DNA of 64,000 nt. It comes from Octopus vulgaris. Taxonomy: Eukaryota. How positions within the stretch are numbered: the first letter of the stretch is position 1; each line of letters opens with the position of its first letter. Of this stretch, positions 61,825 to 64,000 are shown in pieces. Under the pieces are notes generated by a model. It was not told the origin of the DNA. It worked only from the letters and a program-made list of their open reading frames with translations, and ran no database searches. Where the stretch lies: assembly GCA_951406725.2 (NCBI GenBank), contig OX597819.1, forward strand, positions 73,532,001-73,596,000, read 5' to 3'. Position numbers and translations under genes: made by a program.

Positions 61825-61981
61825 GTGCAGGCATGAGTGTGTGGTAAGAACTCACTTACCAACCACATAGTTCCGGGTTCAGTCCCACTGCATGGTTCCT
61901 TGGGCAAGTATCTTCTACTATAGCCTCAGGCCAACCAAAGCTTGTGAGTAGATTTGATAGACGGAAACCGAAAGAAGCCTG

Positions 61982-62035
<54 letters not shown>

Positions 62036-62276
62036 CTATCTATATGTATGTGTGTGTTTGTTATTTGTGTCTGTGTTTGTCCCCCCCACCATCGCTTGAC
62101 AACCAATGTTGGTGTGTTTAAGTCCCCATAACTTAGCAGTTTGGCAAAAGAGACCGATAGAATAAGCAGTAGGCTTACAAAGAATAAGTCTTGGAGTTGA
62201 TTTGTTCGACTAAAGGTGGTGCTCCAGCAATGGCTGCAGTCGGATGACTGAAACAAGTGAAAGAATAAAAGAATAA
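61677..62276 (+). mobile_element. Two family-A SINEs: a partial copy followed by a full copy
   Basis: Heads at ~61677 and ~61824, each followed by (TA)n; one tail at ~62200-62276. Confidence 0.82.
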
Positions 62277-62982
62277 CGAATGACCCTACTCAGAAATTGG
62301 GATGTGTTACTTGTATAGTTTAGAAATGCCTGTTCAGACCATTTGGCCACGTTGCTCGATTTTATGAGTCGGACCCTGCTTACAGTGTGCTCTTCACCGA
62401 GGCTCCAGCTGGGTTGGTGGCTGCAGTTGGTCAAACACATATCACATGGTCATAGCTGAGGAGTGGGTAATTCATGGAGTTGGGGAATGATGGGGACTCT
62501 GCTCAAGGGATTGCCTGGGAGAACTCAGGAATATTACCAACAATAGGGTGGAATGCAACAATGGTACCAGATTTATTTGATATTTAGAAATGAATCATGG
62601 AATATTGTTTTATAGTCACTCATCCTCATCATTTAATGTTTGTCTTCCATGTTAGCAAGGGCTGGATGGTTTGACAGGGTTTAAGGACCTAGGGCCATAG
62701 TTTTTGTGGCTGGATGTCTCCTCTAATGCCAACACACTTTGCAGAGTGTACTGGGTGCTTTATTCATGGCACCAGCATTAGTGAGATCACCAAGTAACTC
62801 ACAAAACAAAGAAAAGGTGGGGGGAGGTAGGTGGCTTTATGCTGAGTGTCTTGCTATAAAGGAGACACATGGCTACCCCACATTATATAAGGGTGAATGA
62901 GAATAGTTGGTAGGGAGATAAAGATGGTAGTGCTGGGGTGCCAGAATATACCCTCAAAGCATAAGAAGTGAGTTTAAAAAAT

Positions 62983-63357
62983 AGGTGCAGGAGTGGCTGT
63001 GTGGTAAGTAGCTTGCTTACCAACCACATGGTTCCAGGTTCATTCCCACTGCATGGCACCTTGGGCAAATGTCTTCTACTTGTAGCCTCAGGCTGACCAA
63101 AGCCTTGTGAGTAGATTTAGTAGACGGGAACATATAAATATATGAGTGTGTGTGTCTGTGTTTGTCTCCCCACCATCACTTGACAACCGATGTTGGTGTG
63201 TTTACGTCCCCGTAACTTAGCGGTTCAGCAAAAGAGACCGATAGAATAAATACTAGGCTTACAAAGAATAAGTCCTGGGGTTGATTTGTTCTACTAAAGG
63301 TGGTGCTCCAGCATGGCCGCAGTCAAATCATTGAAACAAATAAAAGAATAAAAGAAT
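62983..63357 (+). mobile_element. tRNA-derived SINE family A (CORE-like), representative near full-length copy
   Basis: A-box-like tggctgtgtgg, B-box-like ggttcattccc, CORE-like ccttgggcaa segment, internal microsatellite and (aaagaata)n tail. More than 15 related copies occur in both orientations. Confidence 0.85.
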
Positions 63358-63834
63358 CATGAAAACTGAGTGGATAGGTTGATTTTAGAATGAGAGAAAA
63401 GTGACAGATGGTTAGAGATGGGGACAGAGGTGAATGTAGGGACCAGTGAACTAGGTAAATATCGGTGTGTTGGGCAGTAGAAAGTATTATTACTATTACT
63501 ACTGTTACTGTCGCTGCTACTACTACTACTACAAGTTAGCAGTCATTAAACATTTCAGATCGATGTGCTTAGTGGCACTTCTTGCAGATCTTTATTTTCT
63601 GAGATCGAACCCTGCCAAGGTCAACTTCACTTTTTATCCTTTTGGGAGTCAATAAAATAATGCATCTGTTAAATACCAGATGGAGGCAATTAAAGGGAAA
63701 GGGGTTAGTTGATGCCATTGACCTCAGTGCATGACTGGTACTTTATTTTGGATGAAAGGCAAAGTTGGTTTTAGCTCTCCAGATGTCTCTTTATTTGTGT
63801 TTCTACTACAAAAAAAAATCAACATATAACGTTA

Positions 63835-64000
63835 ACAAACAATAGAATAGGATTGTAGGGGCAGAAACAAAAACCCAAACTACACAAGTCCAGCGACTCC
63901 TTGCTCTCAGTCCCAACTGACCACCTGTGCCTGACCTGTGGCACATCCTTCTGTGCATGCATATGACTGATTGGCCACAGGCAGACACACCCTGCCCTGT
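63835..64000 (+). mobile_element. RTE/BovB-like C-terminal zinc-finger remnant
   Basis: PTDHLCLTCGTSFCACI*LIGHRQTH resembles the C..C...F.A.IGL..H..TH terminus of RTE-BovB-type ORFs. Confidence 0.55.

Noticed and set aside
62983-63060. Functional tRNA genes at SINE heads
   Set aside because: A/B boxes are present, but I see no complete cloverleaf and each runs into a repeated SINE body.

Overview
This is AT-rich, repeat-dense eukaryotic DNA. The SINE, LINE and microsatellite content resembles an Octopus (coleoid cephalopod) genome; that is my recognition, not a database result. The window lies inside the 5' part of one large + strand gene, a DOCK-B (DOCK3/DOCK4-like) Rac GEF. I read six coding exons (24383-24478, 29338-29378, 34813-34868, 36471-36567, 59399-59544, 61374-61494), all with GT-AG boundaries and phase-compatible, encoding the SH3 domain and the following helical region. 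I did not find the first coding exon; the gene continues past the window. The rest is intronic: tRNA-derived SINE families, RTE, CR1-like and R4/Dong-like LINE fragments, Penelope-like remnants with hammerhead-ribozyme-like motifs, hAT, piggyBac and Tc1-type MITEs (several nested, some with clear target-site duplications), long near-perfect hairpins, and many micro- and minisatellites. Most ORFs in the supplied track are repeat artefacts. I cannot demonstrate a new biological system. The best leads are the dispersed minimal hammerhead motifs, the long intronic hairpins, a 2.4-kb composite insertion next to a DOCK splice acceptor, and an exon-like unique segment at ~40930-41300 in the largest internal intron.
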